In this document: one piece after another, positions 9,315 to 21,677 of the stretch
How the letters are laid out: every line of letters starts with the position of its first letter
Numbering within the stretch: the stretch's first letter is position 1
Source: Bacilli bacterium
GTDB taxonomy: Bacteria; Bacillota_I; Bacilli_A; RF39; UBA660
Assembly: GCA_028709545.1 (NCBI GenBank)
Contig: JAQVWT010000002.1
Span: 1-58,165, forward strand
Direction: 5' to 3'
DNA: 58,165 bases
Translations under genes and position numbers: made by a program
Notes under the pieces: generated by a model
Database searches by the model: none
The model's input: the letters and a program-made list of their open reading frames with translations, nothing else
Told to the model about the DNA's origin: nothing

Positions 9315-9860
9315 TTACTTCATTATATATATACTTGGATAAGTAACCTTACCATTAGTTATTACAACTCTTTCATTTAAAATGGCTTCTTTGGTATTGT
9401 TTAAATCAAACAGATGATAAACTTTATAACCTCGAGATAATAAATAATCAGTAATAATTCTTCTATGGCAACGCCACCATAAAGCCTCAGCACACATAAC
9501 CACACATGTATATTGAGAAGAAAGACTTATAAGTTTTTTTAAACCTTCATCAAATTCATCACTTAAAGTATAATCCGCATAATTATGAAAGCTTTTATTT
9601 TCCCAATAACCATTTATATCTGGGGATATCTTTTTATTTATTTTACGTAAACCACCTAATATTTTAAGATGAACATAAATTATATTATATTTATCTAAAG
9701 TTTCAGATAATATTTCTTTGTTATACTGAGGATATTTATTTGAACCAGGCAAACTTCTGACGTCTACTACTAAGTTTATTTTATTTTTCTTTAAAACTTT
9801 AATTAAGTCATCTACTGGCCGGTTGGAATGACCTATTGTATAAATTGGATTCATAAGCAT
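9315..9860 (-). CDS. DUF488 family protein
   Basis: IYTIGHSNR...LVDVRSLPGS...WWRCHRR motifs. The start is trimmed to ATG 9860 or 9854 (AGGTG RBS); the 60-aa N-terminal extension in the ORF track overlaps rnhC and looks spurious. Confidence 0.7.
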   Translation of the reverse strand: MLMNPIYTIGHSNRPVDDLIKVLKKNKINLVVDVRSLPGSNKYPQYNKEILSETLDKYNIIYVHLKILGGLRKINKKISPDINGYWENKSFHNYADYTLSDEFDEGLKKLISLSSQYTCVVMCAEALWWRCHRRIITDYLLSRGYKVYHLFDLNNTKEAILNERVVITNGKVTYPSIYIMK

Positions 9861-9944
9861 CACCTTTAATAGTTTAAATCTAATGCTAAAAAATATTCTA
9901 TCAAAAACTCCTAATAATATGATATGATTATGTCGGTGATTTAA

Positions 9945-10883
9945 GTGACAATTGTATTTAAAGTTAGTGATAATATTAAAGAAAAAATGGTTGAGTATTA
10001 TAATGATCTTAAAAGAGATAAGACACCTGCTTATGCCTCTTTTCAAGCTGATGAGGCGGGAACAGTTATAACATTATATGATTCTGGTAAAGTTGTTTTT
10101 CAAGGTGATAGTGCTGATATTGATGCAAATATGTGGATTGATTTAGAAAAGTCAATTAATAATCGTGATATTAAAACTGAACTAGAAAAAAATGATGATA
10201 AAAAAGAAGAAGAAAAAGATACTAGATTTATTGGTGTCCCAACGATTGGTTCTGATGAAACCGGAACTGGTGATTATTTCGGTCCAATAGTTGTTGCTGC
10301 TACATATGTTGGTAAAGAACATTTTAATCTTTTGTATGATTTAGGAGTTAGAGATTCTAAAAAAATAAAGGATGATAAAATCATGAAAATAGCCCCTATT
10401 ATTATGAAAAACATTCCTCACGTTACATATATTCTAAGTAATAAAGAGTTTAATGAAAGACCTACTAATATGAATAAAATAAAAGCTATTCTTCATAACA
10501 AAGCTTTATGTTCTTTATTAAAAAAAGATAATTTTAATTATAAATATATTGTAGTTGATCAGTTTTGCTTTCCTAAAGTCTATTTTTCTCATCTTAAGGA
10601 AGTTCCTGAAAAATGTACTAATATAACTTTTACAACTAAAGCTGAGGATAAAGCTTTAAGTGTTGCAGCTGCCTCTATTATTAGTAGATATATCCTATTA
10701 TTAGAATTTAAAAAATTAGGTGATACGCTTAATATCTTTTTAAATAAAGGTGCTAGCAATACTGTAGATCAGCAAGGTGCAATGATTGTCAAAAAATATG
10801 GAGAAAAAAAATTAGCAGAAATTGCTAAATTAAGTTTTAAAAATACTGATAAAATAAAAGCTATTTTAAAAGATCAAGCCTAG
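9945..10883 (+). CDS. rnhC: Ribonuclease HIII
   Basis: N-terminal DUF3378-like domain plus GSDETGTGDYFGPIVVAA catalytic motif; 312 aa. Confidence 0.85.
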   Translation: MTIVFKVSDNIKEKMVEYYNDLKRDKTPAYASFQADEAGTVITLYDSGKVVFQGDSADIDANMWIDLEKSINNRDIKTELEKNDDKKEEEKDTRFIGVPTIGSDETGTGDYFGPIVVAATYVGKEHFNLLYDLGVRDSKKIKDDKIMKIAPIIMKNIPHVTYILSNKEFNERPTNMNKIKAILHNKALCSLLKKDNFNYKYIVVDQFCFPKVYFSHLKEVPEKCTNITFTTKAEDKALSVAAASIISRYILLLEFKKLGDTLNIFLNKGASNTVDQQGAMIVKKYGEKKLAEIAKLSFKNTDKIKAILKDQA

Positions 10884-10900
10884 TGCTTGATCTTTATTTA

Positions 10901-11788
10901 TTAAACATTAACTAAAAATATTTTTAAAAGCATATATTTATCAACTGTACTAGTCTTTAAATTATAATCAAGATCACATAAATCAAGAAGCTTTTTTTGT
11001 AATTCCTCTCTCGTATACATATAGCTTTTTTCTTTAGCAAGTTTTACCCTGTATGGATGAACTCCTAAATCTTTAGCTATAGCATCCGGCGTTTTATTTA
11101 AAGACTTCACTGCATACATTAAACGATACTGACTAGCAAGAAGAGCAATAAAAGGTATAACTTCTTGTCTAAGCTGTTTAAATTCATTAAAATATGTCAT
11201 TATTTCTTGATAATCTTTTTTGATAACAATATCACAAAAAGCAAAATTATCCTCACCAATTAATTTAGATGTATATTTTAATACTTTATCTAAACTAATA
11301 TTATTAGTAACAAGATTTATCTTATCTATTTCATTTAAAACTAAATCATAATTATGGAGATTATTTTCTAGTAATTTATTAATTGCTTTAAAATCAATCT
11401 TTATATTATTATTTAAAGAGTATTCACTAATCTTTTGATTTAAATTTATTGTATTTTCAACAATAATTAATTTGCCACTTTTAACTATTTCTTTATAAAT
11501 GACACTTCTTTTATCAATTTTATCAGTAATTAATATCAAAACCGTATCTGGATGAGGATCTTTTAAATAATCTGTTATTTTATTATTATCCTTTATTAAT
11601 TTAAAATTATTTACTACGACATATTTTTTTTCATTTAATAAAGAATAATATGAACATTCATTAATTAAATCACTGATCGTTATTTCATCCATATTAAGCT
11701 TAATAATATTATTTGAACCCGCCGTTATATTATCTATTTCGTCATATAAAAGCCTAAGGGAAAAAGAATTAATTAAATAAGTATTCAT
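10901..11788 (-). CDS. holA: DNA polymerase III delta subunit (HolA-like)
   Basis: Size, helical C-terminal domain and the HPYRVKLA motif resemble HolA/YqeN. Confidence 0.6.
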   Translation of the reverse strand: MNTYLINSFSLRLLYDEIDNITAGSNNIIKLNMDEITISDLINECSYYSLLNEKKYVVVNNFKLIKDNNKITDYLKDPHPDTVLILITDKIDKRSVIYKEIVKSGKLIIVENTINLNQKISEYSLNNNIKIDFKAINKLLENNLHNYDLVLNEIDKINLVTNNISLDKVLKYTSKLIGEDNFAFCDIVIKKDYQEIMTYFNEFKQLRQEVIPFIALLASQYRLMYAVKSLNKTPDAIAKDLGVHPYRVKLAKEKSYMYTREELQKKLLDLCDLDYNLKTSTVDKYMLLKIFLVNV

Positions 11789-12360
11789 TTTATAATCCCA
11801 AAGCGATCAATTGGAAAAAGAAGAAGATTAGTTTTACCTTTTATATCTTTTTGGTTAACGGGTCCAATTGATCTGCTATCTTTAGATATAATCCGGTTAT
11901 CGCCCATAACAAAGTATTCATCTTTTTTTAATTTTACGACTTCAAAGTCCTCTGTTTCTGTTAAAGAATATTTATCTTCAAGTACTTTGCCATTAATATA
12001 TAATTTATTATTATTATAATAAATAGTTTCACCAGGAAGGGCAACTACTCTTTTAATTAAATGACTATTATCAGTATCAATAACAACAATATTCCATCTA
12101 TTAATTCCTTTTGTTTTCATTCCTAGTTTATTTAAAATCATTGTTTCGCCATTATGAAGAGTCGGATCCATACTTGTTCCATTTACTCTTACTGGAGTTG
12201 CGATAAATGTTCTTAAAATAACAACAACTAAAACAATAATTATATATGGTAAATAATCTAAAAAGACATCTCTTGCAGCTTTTTTTTGTTTTATTTCTTC
12301 ATTATTTAATTCTTTATCTTTATTTTTACTCATCTCATACCTCTTAAATAAGTATATCAT
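11785..12360 (-). CDS. lepB: Signal peptidase I
   Basis: NGTSMDPTL (catalytic Ser), IKRVVALPGE (Lys box) and GDNRIISKDSR. Confidence 0.9.
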   Translation of the reverse strand: MIYLFKRYEMSKNKDKELNNEEIKQKKAARDVFLDYLPYIIIVLVVVILRTFIATPVRVNGTSMDPTLHNGETMILNKLGMKTKGINRWNIVVIDTDNSHLIKRVVALPGETIYYNNNKLYINGKVLEDKYSLTETEDFEVVKLKKDEYFVMGDNRIISKDSRSIGPVNQKDIKGKTNLLLFPIDRFGIIK

Positions 12361-12383
12361 AAACGAGATAAAATTTGCGTAAA

Positions 12384-13601
12384 TTATCTTTTATAATAAT
12401 TTTTTTTAGTTCTTTTTTTATTATATGATTTTTTAACGGGATTTTTATAATGTTTATGTTTACTTTTTACATTAAGATCAAGATGATATTCATGGTTTGT
12501 TTCTAATTTTATTTTTTCTTTAAGTAAAGCTTCTATTGCCTTTAAATTCTTTATTTGGCTATTATCACAAAAAGATATCGCTGTTCCTTTTTCACCAGCT
12601 CGGCCAGTTCGTCCAATTCTGTGAATATAAACTTCTGCTTGATCAGGTAAATCGTAATTTATAACATGTGATAAACCAGAAATATCAATCCCATGTGCTG
12701 CAACATCGGTTGCTATTAAGATATTTGTTTTACCAGTTTTAAATCTTTTTAAAGCCGATGTTCTTTTTCTTTGTTCTTTACCTCCATGAATTACTTCATT
12801 TGGTATTTTATAACTATTAAATAATCTAGCAAGTTTATCTGCCCCTATTTTAGTTCTAGTAAATATTAGCGCTGATTTTACTTCTTGTTTTTTAAATATT
12901 TCTAAAAGCAAATTAAATTTATTTTTCTTATCGACATAATAAAGAGACTGATCAATTAAAGGAGCTGGACTTGAAACAGCATCTATCTGAATGTTTATAT
13001 GATTTTTAAGTAGCTTTTCACCTAATTTTCTAATTTCTGATGGCATTGTTGCTGAAAATAAAAGTGTTTGACGTTCACTTGGTATTTTAGATATGATTTT
13101 TTCAATATCTTTTATAAAACCCATATCAAGCATGGTATCTGCCTCATCTAAAACCACAGTTTTAATATTATGAGTTTTGACTACTTTTTGATTCATTAAA
13201 TCAAGAAGTCTTCCAGGAGTTGCGACTAATATATCTACTCCTTCTTTTAAAACTCTGATTTGGGATTTCATATTTGCCCCACCGACAACAACACTAGTTT
13301 TTAGATTTGTATATTTTCCATACATGCGAAAATTATCTCTAATTTGCATAGCAAGTTCTCTTGTTGGCGTTATAATTAAAGCTTTGATGCCACTTTCTTG
13401 GGAAGCATCTAATAAAGATTCCATAATTGGAATTGCAAAAGCTGCGGTTTTTCCTGTTCCAGTTTGAGCGCATGCTAAAACATCTTTATTGTTTAAAATA
13501 TAAGGAATAGCTTTTTCTTGGATCGGAGTTAGATTTATATATCCGCTTTCCTTTATTCCTTGCATTAATTTTCTTTTTAATTTAAGTTCAGTAAATAACA
13601 T
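12384..13601 (-). CDS. DEAD-box ATP-dependent RNA helicase
   Basis: AQTGTGKT, PTRELA, DEAD, SAT and HRIGRTGRAG motifs, plus a basic C-terminal tail. Confidence 0.9.
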   Translation of the reverse strand: MLFTELKLKRKLMQGIKESGYINLTPIQEKAIPYILNNKDVLACAQTGTGKTAAFAIPIMESLLDASQESGIKALIITPTRELAMQIRDNFRMYGKYTNLKTSVVVGGANMKSQIRVLKEGVDILVATPGRLLDLMNQKVVKTHNIKTVVLDEADTMLDMGFIKDIEKIISKIPSERQTLLFSATMPSEIRKLGEKLLKNHINIQIDAVSSPAPLIDQSLYYVDKKNKFNLLLEIFKKQEVKSALIFTRTKIGADKLARLFNSYKIPNEVIHGGKEQRKRTSALKRFKTGKTNILIATDVAAHGIDISGLSHVINYDLPDQAEVYIHRIGRTGRAGEKGTAISFCDNSQIKNLKAIEALLKEKIKLETNHEYHLDLNVKSKHKHYKNPVKKSYNKKRTKKNYYKR

Positions 13602-13623
13602 TTTGATTCTTCTTTCTAAATAT

Positions 13624-13654
13624 AAAAGAGATAGTTTTGTTTCCTATCTCTTTT
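13624..13654 (-). terminator. Hairpin terminator after dnaJ
   Basis: AAAAGAGATAG / CTATCTCTTTT inverted repeat flanked by A/T runs. Confidence 0.55.
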
Positions 13655-13706
13655 GATAAGCTATGCAATCTTAACATAATGTTTGTAAAAGAGCAAGTAA
13701 AATATT

Positions 13707-14825
13707 TTATAAATATTTATCAAAATTTTTAAAAGCTGTTTCATTTGTAAGATTAGTTGCATCGAGTTCTTTTAATAATGATTTTTGCTTGCGATCAAGC
13801 TTATTAGGAATAATAATATTTGTGATTAAATACATATCTCCAGTGGATCTATTTTTTTCAGATTCTATTCCCTTACCTCTTATTTTAATGTTTTCATTAT
13901 TTTGAGTTCCGGCTTTAAATGAAAATTTTTCAGTTCCATAGATAGTCGGAATTTTTTTGGTACATCCTAAGGCAGCTTCTGTGATTGTAAGAGGTACGAC
14001 TAAATATATATCTTTACCATCTCTTTTAAATAGAGGGTGATTTTTAACTTTAAAGTTAATATAGATATCACCATTTGGTCCACCACCTGTTCCCGCCGAG
14101 CCTTTACCAGCAAGGCGCATTTGGTCACCATCTTCAACTCCGCTTGGAACTCTTAGTTTAATGTCTTTATTTTTTTTGACATTTCCCTTTCCTTTACAAG
14201 CAGAACAAGTTTTTTTAAATTGTTTACCTGCTCCTTTACAATAAGGGCAAGTTGTTTCGGTTTGAATTACTCCTAGGATAGTTCTTTGTTCAGTAATTAC
14301 ACGACCTCTACCAGAACAATGCGAGCATGTTTCTGGGTCGTGTCCACCCTCTCCGTTGCAATCAGAACATTCTTCATCAATAGTTATATTAAAACTTTTT
14401 TCGGTTCCGAAAATAGCTTCTTCGAAAGTTAAATCAAGTTTAACTAAAAAATCTTCTCCCTTAGTTTTTCTTTTAGAGCCTTTATTTCGGCTGGTAAAGC
14501 CACCACCCATAAACTGCTCAAAAATACTTCCTAAGTCTAGATCGTCAAAATCAAAACCACTAAAACCACCGGAGAAACCACCACCATAGCCACCAGCATT
14601 ATTATCAAAGGCTGCTGAGCCAAACTGATCATATTGTTTTCTTTTTGATGTATCACTTAGAACCGAGTACGCCTCTCCTATTTCTTTAAATTTATCTGCT
14701 GCTGCTGGATCCTTATTAACATCAGGATGATATTCTTTAGCTTTTTTTCGAAAAGCACTTTTTATATCTGCATCACTTGCGTTTTTATCAACCCCTAGTG
14801 TTTCATAATAATCTTTTTTAGCCAT
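13707..14825 (-). CDS. dnaJ: Chaperone DnaJ
   Basis: J domain (YYETLGV...HPD), G/F region and four CxxCxGxG repeats. Start taken at MAKKDYY. Confidence 0.95.
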   Translation of the reverse strand: MAKKDYYETLGVDKNASDADIKSAFRKKAKEYHPDVNKDPAAADKFKEIGEAYSVLSDTSKRKQYDQFGSAAFDNNAGGYGGGFSGGFSGFDFDDLDLGSIFEQFMGGGFTSRNKGSKRKTKGEDFLVKLDLTFEEAIFGTEKSFNITIDEECSDCNGEGGHDPETCSHCSGRGRVITEQRTILGVIQTETTCPYCKGAGKQFKKTCSACKGKGNVKKNKDIKLRVPSGVEDGDQMRLAGKGSAGTGGGPNGDIYINFKVKNHPLFKRDGKDIYLVVPLTITEAALGCTKKIPTIYGTEKFSFKAGTQNNENIKIRGKGIESEKNRSTGDMYLITNIIIPNKLDRKQKSLLKELDATNLTNETAFKNFDKYL

Positions 14826-16626
14826 AATGTTCCTCACTTACTTTCATAAATTCATTTATTAAGTAATCCATGTAGTCAAGTGCTTCATTTATTACTTTAG
14901 GTTTTGTTAGATCAACACCAATTTTCTCTAAAAGATTAGTTGGATAATCTGATCCTCCATAAGTTAAAAATTCTAAATATTTTTCTTTCATGTTATTTTT
15001 ATTAGCGATTATATTTGTTGCGATATATATCGCGCTTGATATACCGGTTGCATATTTAAATAGATAATATGGTGAGAAATAATGCATTCTTCTAATCCAC
15101 ATACTTTTAACTCGATTATCTAAAATAACACTATCTCCATAGTAACTTTTTCGAATCTCATATATTGTTTCATTAAAAGCATCAGCATTTACTTCCTCAC
15201 CGGCTTCAAGCTTTGCATAAATTATATTTTCAAATTTACCTTCTATACAAGCATCAAACAAATTATTTTGAATTGTATCAAGAAGTGATGAAATCGCGGT
15301 TAATTTTAAGTTTTTATCGCTTGCTTTTTTAATAATATAATCAGATACTAAAATCTCATTAGTAAGTGATGCTACTTCAGCTGTAAGAAGTGATCCATTC
15401 CAGTTTTGAATAGGCTGAATACCTGATAATTCAAAATTAATTGCATGTCCTAGTTCATGAGCAAGAGTACTAATATCTTGAAATTTACCTAAAAAGTTAG
15501 TTGAAACTAGTGGTGTGTTTCCATAATTACATGTTGCATAGATACTTGATGTTTTACCTTTATAGGTTCCAAAATCAATCCACTTCTCATCAAAAGCTCT
15601 TTTTAAGATTTTTAAATAATCATTACCTAAAATACTTAGTGAGTTTTCTAAAATTAATCTCGCCTCTTCAATTGTAAAAGTTAAATCAGTACTTACTATT
15701 TCAGCTTTGATATCATAATATTCAAGTTGATCAAGCGCAAGATTTTGTTTGATTAAAAGAAAATATTTTCTTAATATATCTAATCTTTTTTCTACAGTAG
15801 TATATAAATTACTTACTACTTTTGTAGGAATATTTGATGCAAATAAATCCATCTCCAGAACTGTTTTAAAGTTATAAACTTCAGCTAGATTTTTTACATA
15901 TTTCATATTTGCAGCTAAATTCATTCCATAAATACTTTCATATGTTTTAATATTATTAGTTATTTTCTCAAAAGCTTCTTTTCTAGTATTACGATCTTTA
16001 TTAGTAATAATATTTCGGTAATTAGCATTTGTTAACTGGGTTTCTTCTCCATCAACTATTATCGTCCCATAGTCAATTACTGAATTAGTTAAAACCTCAC
16101 TTATTTTTTCATTTAGATCACTAGTACTTGATAATTTAGAGATAATCATCTCTTCTCTTTGTGATAAAGTATGTTCTTTTTCACGAATTATATTTTCTAA
16201 ATAAAATTGATATGGTTTTAAGTTTTTAGTTTTTAAATACTTTGTTAGAACAGATTTACTTCCTTTTAATATTTCCGGTTTTAAATATGAACTAGCTTCT
16301 ATAAATTTATAATATAAAGATAGAGCTTTATTAAGTCTTAGTTCGTTTTTACTATCTTCAACATTTTCATTTAATTTACAATTTGCATATACATATAGTT
16401 TTAAAATATTTTTTTTAATTTTAAAATATTTATTTAAAGCATCAAGTAAAGTTTTAGATGATTCTAAAACTTTGCCTTGATATTTAGTGATTTCTTGATA
16501 ACTTTTAAGATTTTTTTGATAATCTTTTTCAAAAGCATCATCATTTTTATATCTAGTTGTTAAATCCCACTTATAAATATCTGGGACATCTTCTCTTTTA
16601 TCGTAGTTCATATTACTCCTCCGCAA
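14818..16626 (-). CDS. pepF: Oligoendopeptidase F (M3B)
   Basis: 602 aa with the HELGHA zinc motif and overall PepF-like layout. Confidence 0.8.
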   Translation of the reverse strand: MRRSNMNYDKREDVPDIYKWDLTTRYKNDDAFEKDYQKNLKSYQEITKYQGKVLESSKTLLDALNKYFKIKKNILKLYVYANCKLNENVEDSKNELRLNKALSLYYKFIEASSYLKPEILKGSKSVLTKYLKTKNLKPYQFYLENIIREKEHTLSQREEMIISKLSSTSDLNEKISEVLTNSVIDYGTIIVDGEETQLTNANYRNIITNKDRNTRKEAFEKITNNIKTYESIYGMNLAANMKYVKNLAEVYNFKTVLEMDLFASNIPTKVVSNLYTTVEKRLDILRKYFLLIKQNLALDQLEYYDIKAEIVSTDLTFTIEEARLILENSLSILGNDYLKILKRAFDEKWIDFGTYKGKTSSIYATCNYGNTPLVSTNFLGKFQDISTLAHELGHAINFELSGIQPIQNWNGSLLTAEVASLTNEILVSDYIIKKASDKNLKLTAISSLLDTIQNNLFDACIEGKFENIIYAKLEAGEEVNADAFNETIYEIRKSYYGDSVILDNRVKSMWIRRMHYFSPYYLFKYATGISSAIYIATNIIANKNNMKEKYLEFLTYGGSDYPTNLLEKIGVDLTKPKVINEALDYMDYLINEFMKVSEEHYG

Positions 16627-16653
16627 AAAGTTCTAGTTAACCTAGAACTTTGA

Positions 16654-19015
<2,362 letters not shown>

Positions 19016-19022
19016 ATTATCT

Positions 19023-20012
19023 TTACCTTTCTAGATAGTTTTTTAAAAATTGAAGTAAATATACTACTTTGTCATACTCCATACGTTTAGGACCAATTAT
19101 AGCAAGGGTACCTTCTTCACTGCCAAGTTTATAACTTGTTTTAATAATTGTCACATCTTCATCAAACTTACTTTCCTCACCTATATAAACATTAATTCCT
19201 TCTTCATCAGTTTCAATCTTTTTAACAAGCTCTGTATTTTCAAGTTTACTAATAATAGCTTTGATTTTATCCGGCTCATTATATTCTGGTTGCTTTAAAA
19301 TATTAGTTTTACCTGAGAAAAATACATCACTTTGTTTAACTGAAAAATCATTAAATGCATCTTGAAAGAAACACATAACTTCTTCATACTGCTTAATCTT
19401 TGTTGCAATAATAGGTTTTATTTCATATTCTAGTTTAGCATTAATATCTGATAAAGGCGTTCCAACTAAATGCTTATTAATTATCTCGCATGCTTTAACA
19501 ATTTCAGTAACATTTATTGCATCAGTAATATTTGTCTGTTTATTTTCAACATGACCAGTACTTGTAATAACAACAGCAACTACTTTCTTATCATCAATTG
19601 GGACAATATTAACTTGTTTTAAAGTTTGATCTTTACTATCTTTTCCTAAAACTATACTTGTATAATTAGTAATTTCACTAATTATTTCCATACATTTAAG
19701 AATTGCATCACTTACAACTAATTCTTTATTATTTAGGATAGTTTGAAGTTTTAAAACATCATCACCAGTTATCTCTTTTGGTTTCATTAAATTATCTACA
19801 TAATATTTATAACCATCTTCACTAGGGATCCTTCCACTTGAAAGGTGAGTCTTTTCTAAATAACCAAGTGTTTCTAAATAGGCCATATCATTTCTAATTG
19901 TTGCACTTGAACATTTAAGTTTTTTAACAAGCGATTTACTTCCAACTGGTTTTACAGTTTTAATATAAGTTTCAATTATAATTTTTAAAAGATTATTTTG
20001 CCGATTATTCAT
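19023..20012 (-). CDS. hrcA: Heat-inducible repressor HrcA
   Basis: N-terminal wHTH (PVGSKSL...SSATIRNDM..LE..G) and operon position. Confidence 0.9.
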   Translation of the reverse strand: MNNRQNNLLKIIIETYIKTVKPVGSKSLVKKLKCSSATIRNDMAYLETLGYLEKTHLSSGRIPSEDGYKYYVDNLMKPKEITGDDVLKLQTILNNKELVVSDAILKCMEIISEITNYTSIVLGKDSKDQTLKQVNIVPIDDKKVVAVVITSTGHVENKQTNITDAINVTEIVKACEIINKHLVGTPLSDINAKLEYEIKPIIATKIKQYEEVMCFFQDAFNDFSVKQSDVFFSGKTNILKQPEYNEPDKIKAIISKLENTELVKKIETDEEGINVYIGEESKFDEDVTIIKTSYKLGSEEGTLAIIGPKRMEYDKVVYLLQFLKNYLER

Positions 20013-20027
20013 GTGTCACCGCCTTTT

Positions 20028-20054
20028 TTAGCACTCACATTTCTTTTGTGCTAA
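20028..20054 (-). promoter_or_regulatory. CIRCE operator 1 (imperfect)
   Basis: TTAGCACTC-N9-TTGTGCTAA, between the -10 box and the hrcA start. Confidence 0.7.
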
Positions 20055-20058
20055 TGGT

Positions 20059-20087
20059 ATTATAATATTATATTTAGCACTTGTCAA
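20059..20087 (-). promoter_or_regulatory. Sigma-A promoter of the hrcA operon
   Basis: Minus strand reads TTGACA - 17 nt - TATAAT. Confidence 0.65.
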
Positions 20088-20101
20088 TATATGAGTGCTA
20101 A
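20074..20101 (-). promoter_or_regulatory. CIRCE-like operator 2, overlapping the -35 box
   Basis: TTAGCACTT-N10-GAGTGCTAA. The spacer is 10 nt rather than the canonical 9. Confidence 0.6.
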
Positions 20102-20123
20102 TTTATTAAAAATAATTATTTTC

Positions 20124-20168
20124 ATTAAAAAAACTGTTTTTATATTTTTATATATTAGTAAAAACAGT
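20124..20168 (-). terminator. Terminator after frr
   Basis: ACTGTTTTTA / TAAAAACAGT stem, followed by a U-run on the minus strand. Confidence 0.5.
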
Positions 20169-20181
20169 CTTATATTTTCAT

Positions 20182-20724
20182 TTAAATATTCATTAGTTCT
20201 TGTTCTTTACTTTTAGTTTTCTCATCAACAATTTTATTATACTTATCAATTAGATCTTGGACTTCTTTATAATACCTTTCTGTCTCATCTTCGGGAAGTT
20301 CTGCTTTTTTAATTATATTCCTTGCGTCTTCTCTAGCGTTTCTTAAAGAAACTCTTGCATCTTCTCCCATGCTTTTTATTTGTTTAACATACTCGCGTCT
20401 TCTTTCTTCATTAAGTTCAGGAATCGTTAAAATAATCATCTCACCATTATTAGTTGGAGTTATGCCAAGGTTTGCCTCATTTATTGCCCTATCAATTTCT
20501 TTAAGTGATCCTTTATCAAATGGTTTAATAAATAACTGGCGCGCCTCAGGCACACTTATTGTTGCAAGATTTTGAATAGGCGTAGGTGCTCCATAATAAT
20601 CCACCATAATTCCATTTAACATTCCGGGACTCGCTCTACCTGCTCTAACAGTTGTAAATCTATTTTCAAGTGTTAAAATCGCTTTCTCCATTTTATTTTT
20701 AGTTTCCACAATAATATTTTCCAT
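20182..20724 (-). CDS. frr: Ribosome recycling factor
   Basis: About 180 aa; RTGRASP-like RAGRASPGML, and IRNIRRDA-like LRNAREDA. Confidence 0.95.
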   Translation of the reverse strand: MENIIVETKNKMEKAILTLENRFTTVRAGRASPGMLNGIMVDYYGAPTPIQNLATISVPEARQLFIKPFDKGSLKEIDRAINEANLGITPTNNGEMIILTIPELNEERRREYVKQIKSMGEDARVSLRNAREDARNIIKKAELPEDETERYYKEVQDLIDKYNKIVDEKTKSKEQELMNI

Positions 20725-20761
20725 ATTTTTTTATCTCCTTTAATTTATTATACTTATTTTT

Positions 20762-21193
20762 TTATCTTTTGACAAGAGCGACTATCCCCAGCAATATTCC
20801 AAGTAATAGAGTCACTTCAATAATTACTACTGTAACAACAGCCCCCGTTGTATTTATATTACTAGGTAGTAACTTAAGTTTTTTATCTTCACTTTGATTT
20901 ATTATACCTTGAATCTTCTCTTCTCTTTTTTTAATAACATTTCTATATTCAGATAACTGCCCCGTTTCTCTAGGAGATATAGTTTCTAATATTTCTTTTT
21001 CTTCTAAATAAACAATATAAATATCTATCGTATTTTGATAATCAAAGTGCAGTTCTTTTTCTTTCATGTTATTTATCCCATTATTAATAAACCTATTTAA
21101 AGCCTTAGCCTCACCTAATGATAATGGCATTCTTTCATATAGTTTAGCAATTAAATTATTAATAGTATTAAGACTCACAAATTTTTCTTCCAC
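20762..21193 (-). CDS. Hypothetical C-terminally anchored protein (last gene of the pseudopilin cluster)
   Basis: 143 aa with a single C-terminal TM (AVVTVVIIEVTLLLGILLGIVALV). Confidence 0.4.
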   Translation of the reverse strand: MEEKFVSLNTINNLIAKLYERMPLSLGEAKALNRFINNGINNMKEKELHFDYQNTIDIYIVYLEEKEILETISPRETGQLSEYRNVIKKREEKIQGIINQSEDKKLKLLPSNINTTGAVVTVVIIEVTLLLGILLGIVALVKR

Positions 21194-21203
21194 TGATATC
21201 CTC

Positions 21204-21677
21204 CTATAACGCTACTGTTGCAAAATATGTATAATTTAAAACCTCATCTTCATTTCTTTCTATATATTTAACTATTATATTTACTTTAGCTTCATCATAA
21301 CCATCCATGTTATTTATATAATTAATAGTGGAACCATCTAACTGTAATAAAAAGTTTTTACTAGTAATATTACTATAACTTCCCTTAGCTAAATAAATTT
21401 TATCTATATCAAAGGCATCAGCAATATTTATAAGATCATTGTCTATTAAAACATCTTTAAAATTACCACTAAAATTCAAATAATTATTTTCTTCTAAATA
21501 CTTACCAACAAAATAACTTTTATAAACGTGCTCAGCATTATCATAATAACTTTTAGTAGATGCTTTACTTAATATTAAATTATATGATGAATAAAGAGAA
21601 ATTAACCCAATTGAAAGAATAGTTACAACAATAATCGTTTCAATCATAACAAAACCTTTATTATTCACTGATTCCAC
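21204..21677 (-). CDS. Prepilin-type N-terminal cleavage/methylation domain protein (pseudopilin)
   Basis: KGFVMIETIIVVTILSIGL: G/F cleavage site with Glu at +5. Confidence 0.7.
   Translation of the reverse strand: MESVNNKGFVMIETIIVVTILSIGLISLYSSYNLILSKASTKSYYDNAEHVYKSYFVGKYLEENNYLNFSGNFKDVLIDNDLINIADAFDIDKIYLAKGSYSNITSKNFLLQLDGSTINYINNMDGYDEAKVNIIVKYIERNEDEVLNYTYFATVAL

Noticed and set aside
9861-10046. N-terminal 60-aa extension of the DUF488 ORF
   Set aside because: The extension has a hydrophobic, low-complexity translation and overlaps the rnhC start on the other strand. The conserved DUF488 N-terminus (IYTIGHS) begins right after an internal ATG with an AGGTG RBS.
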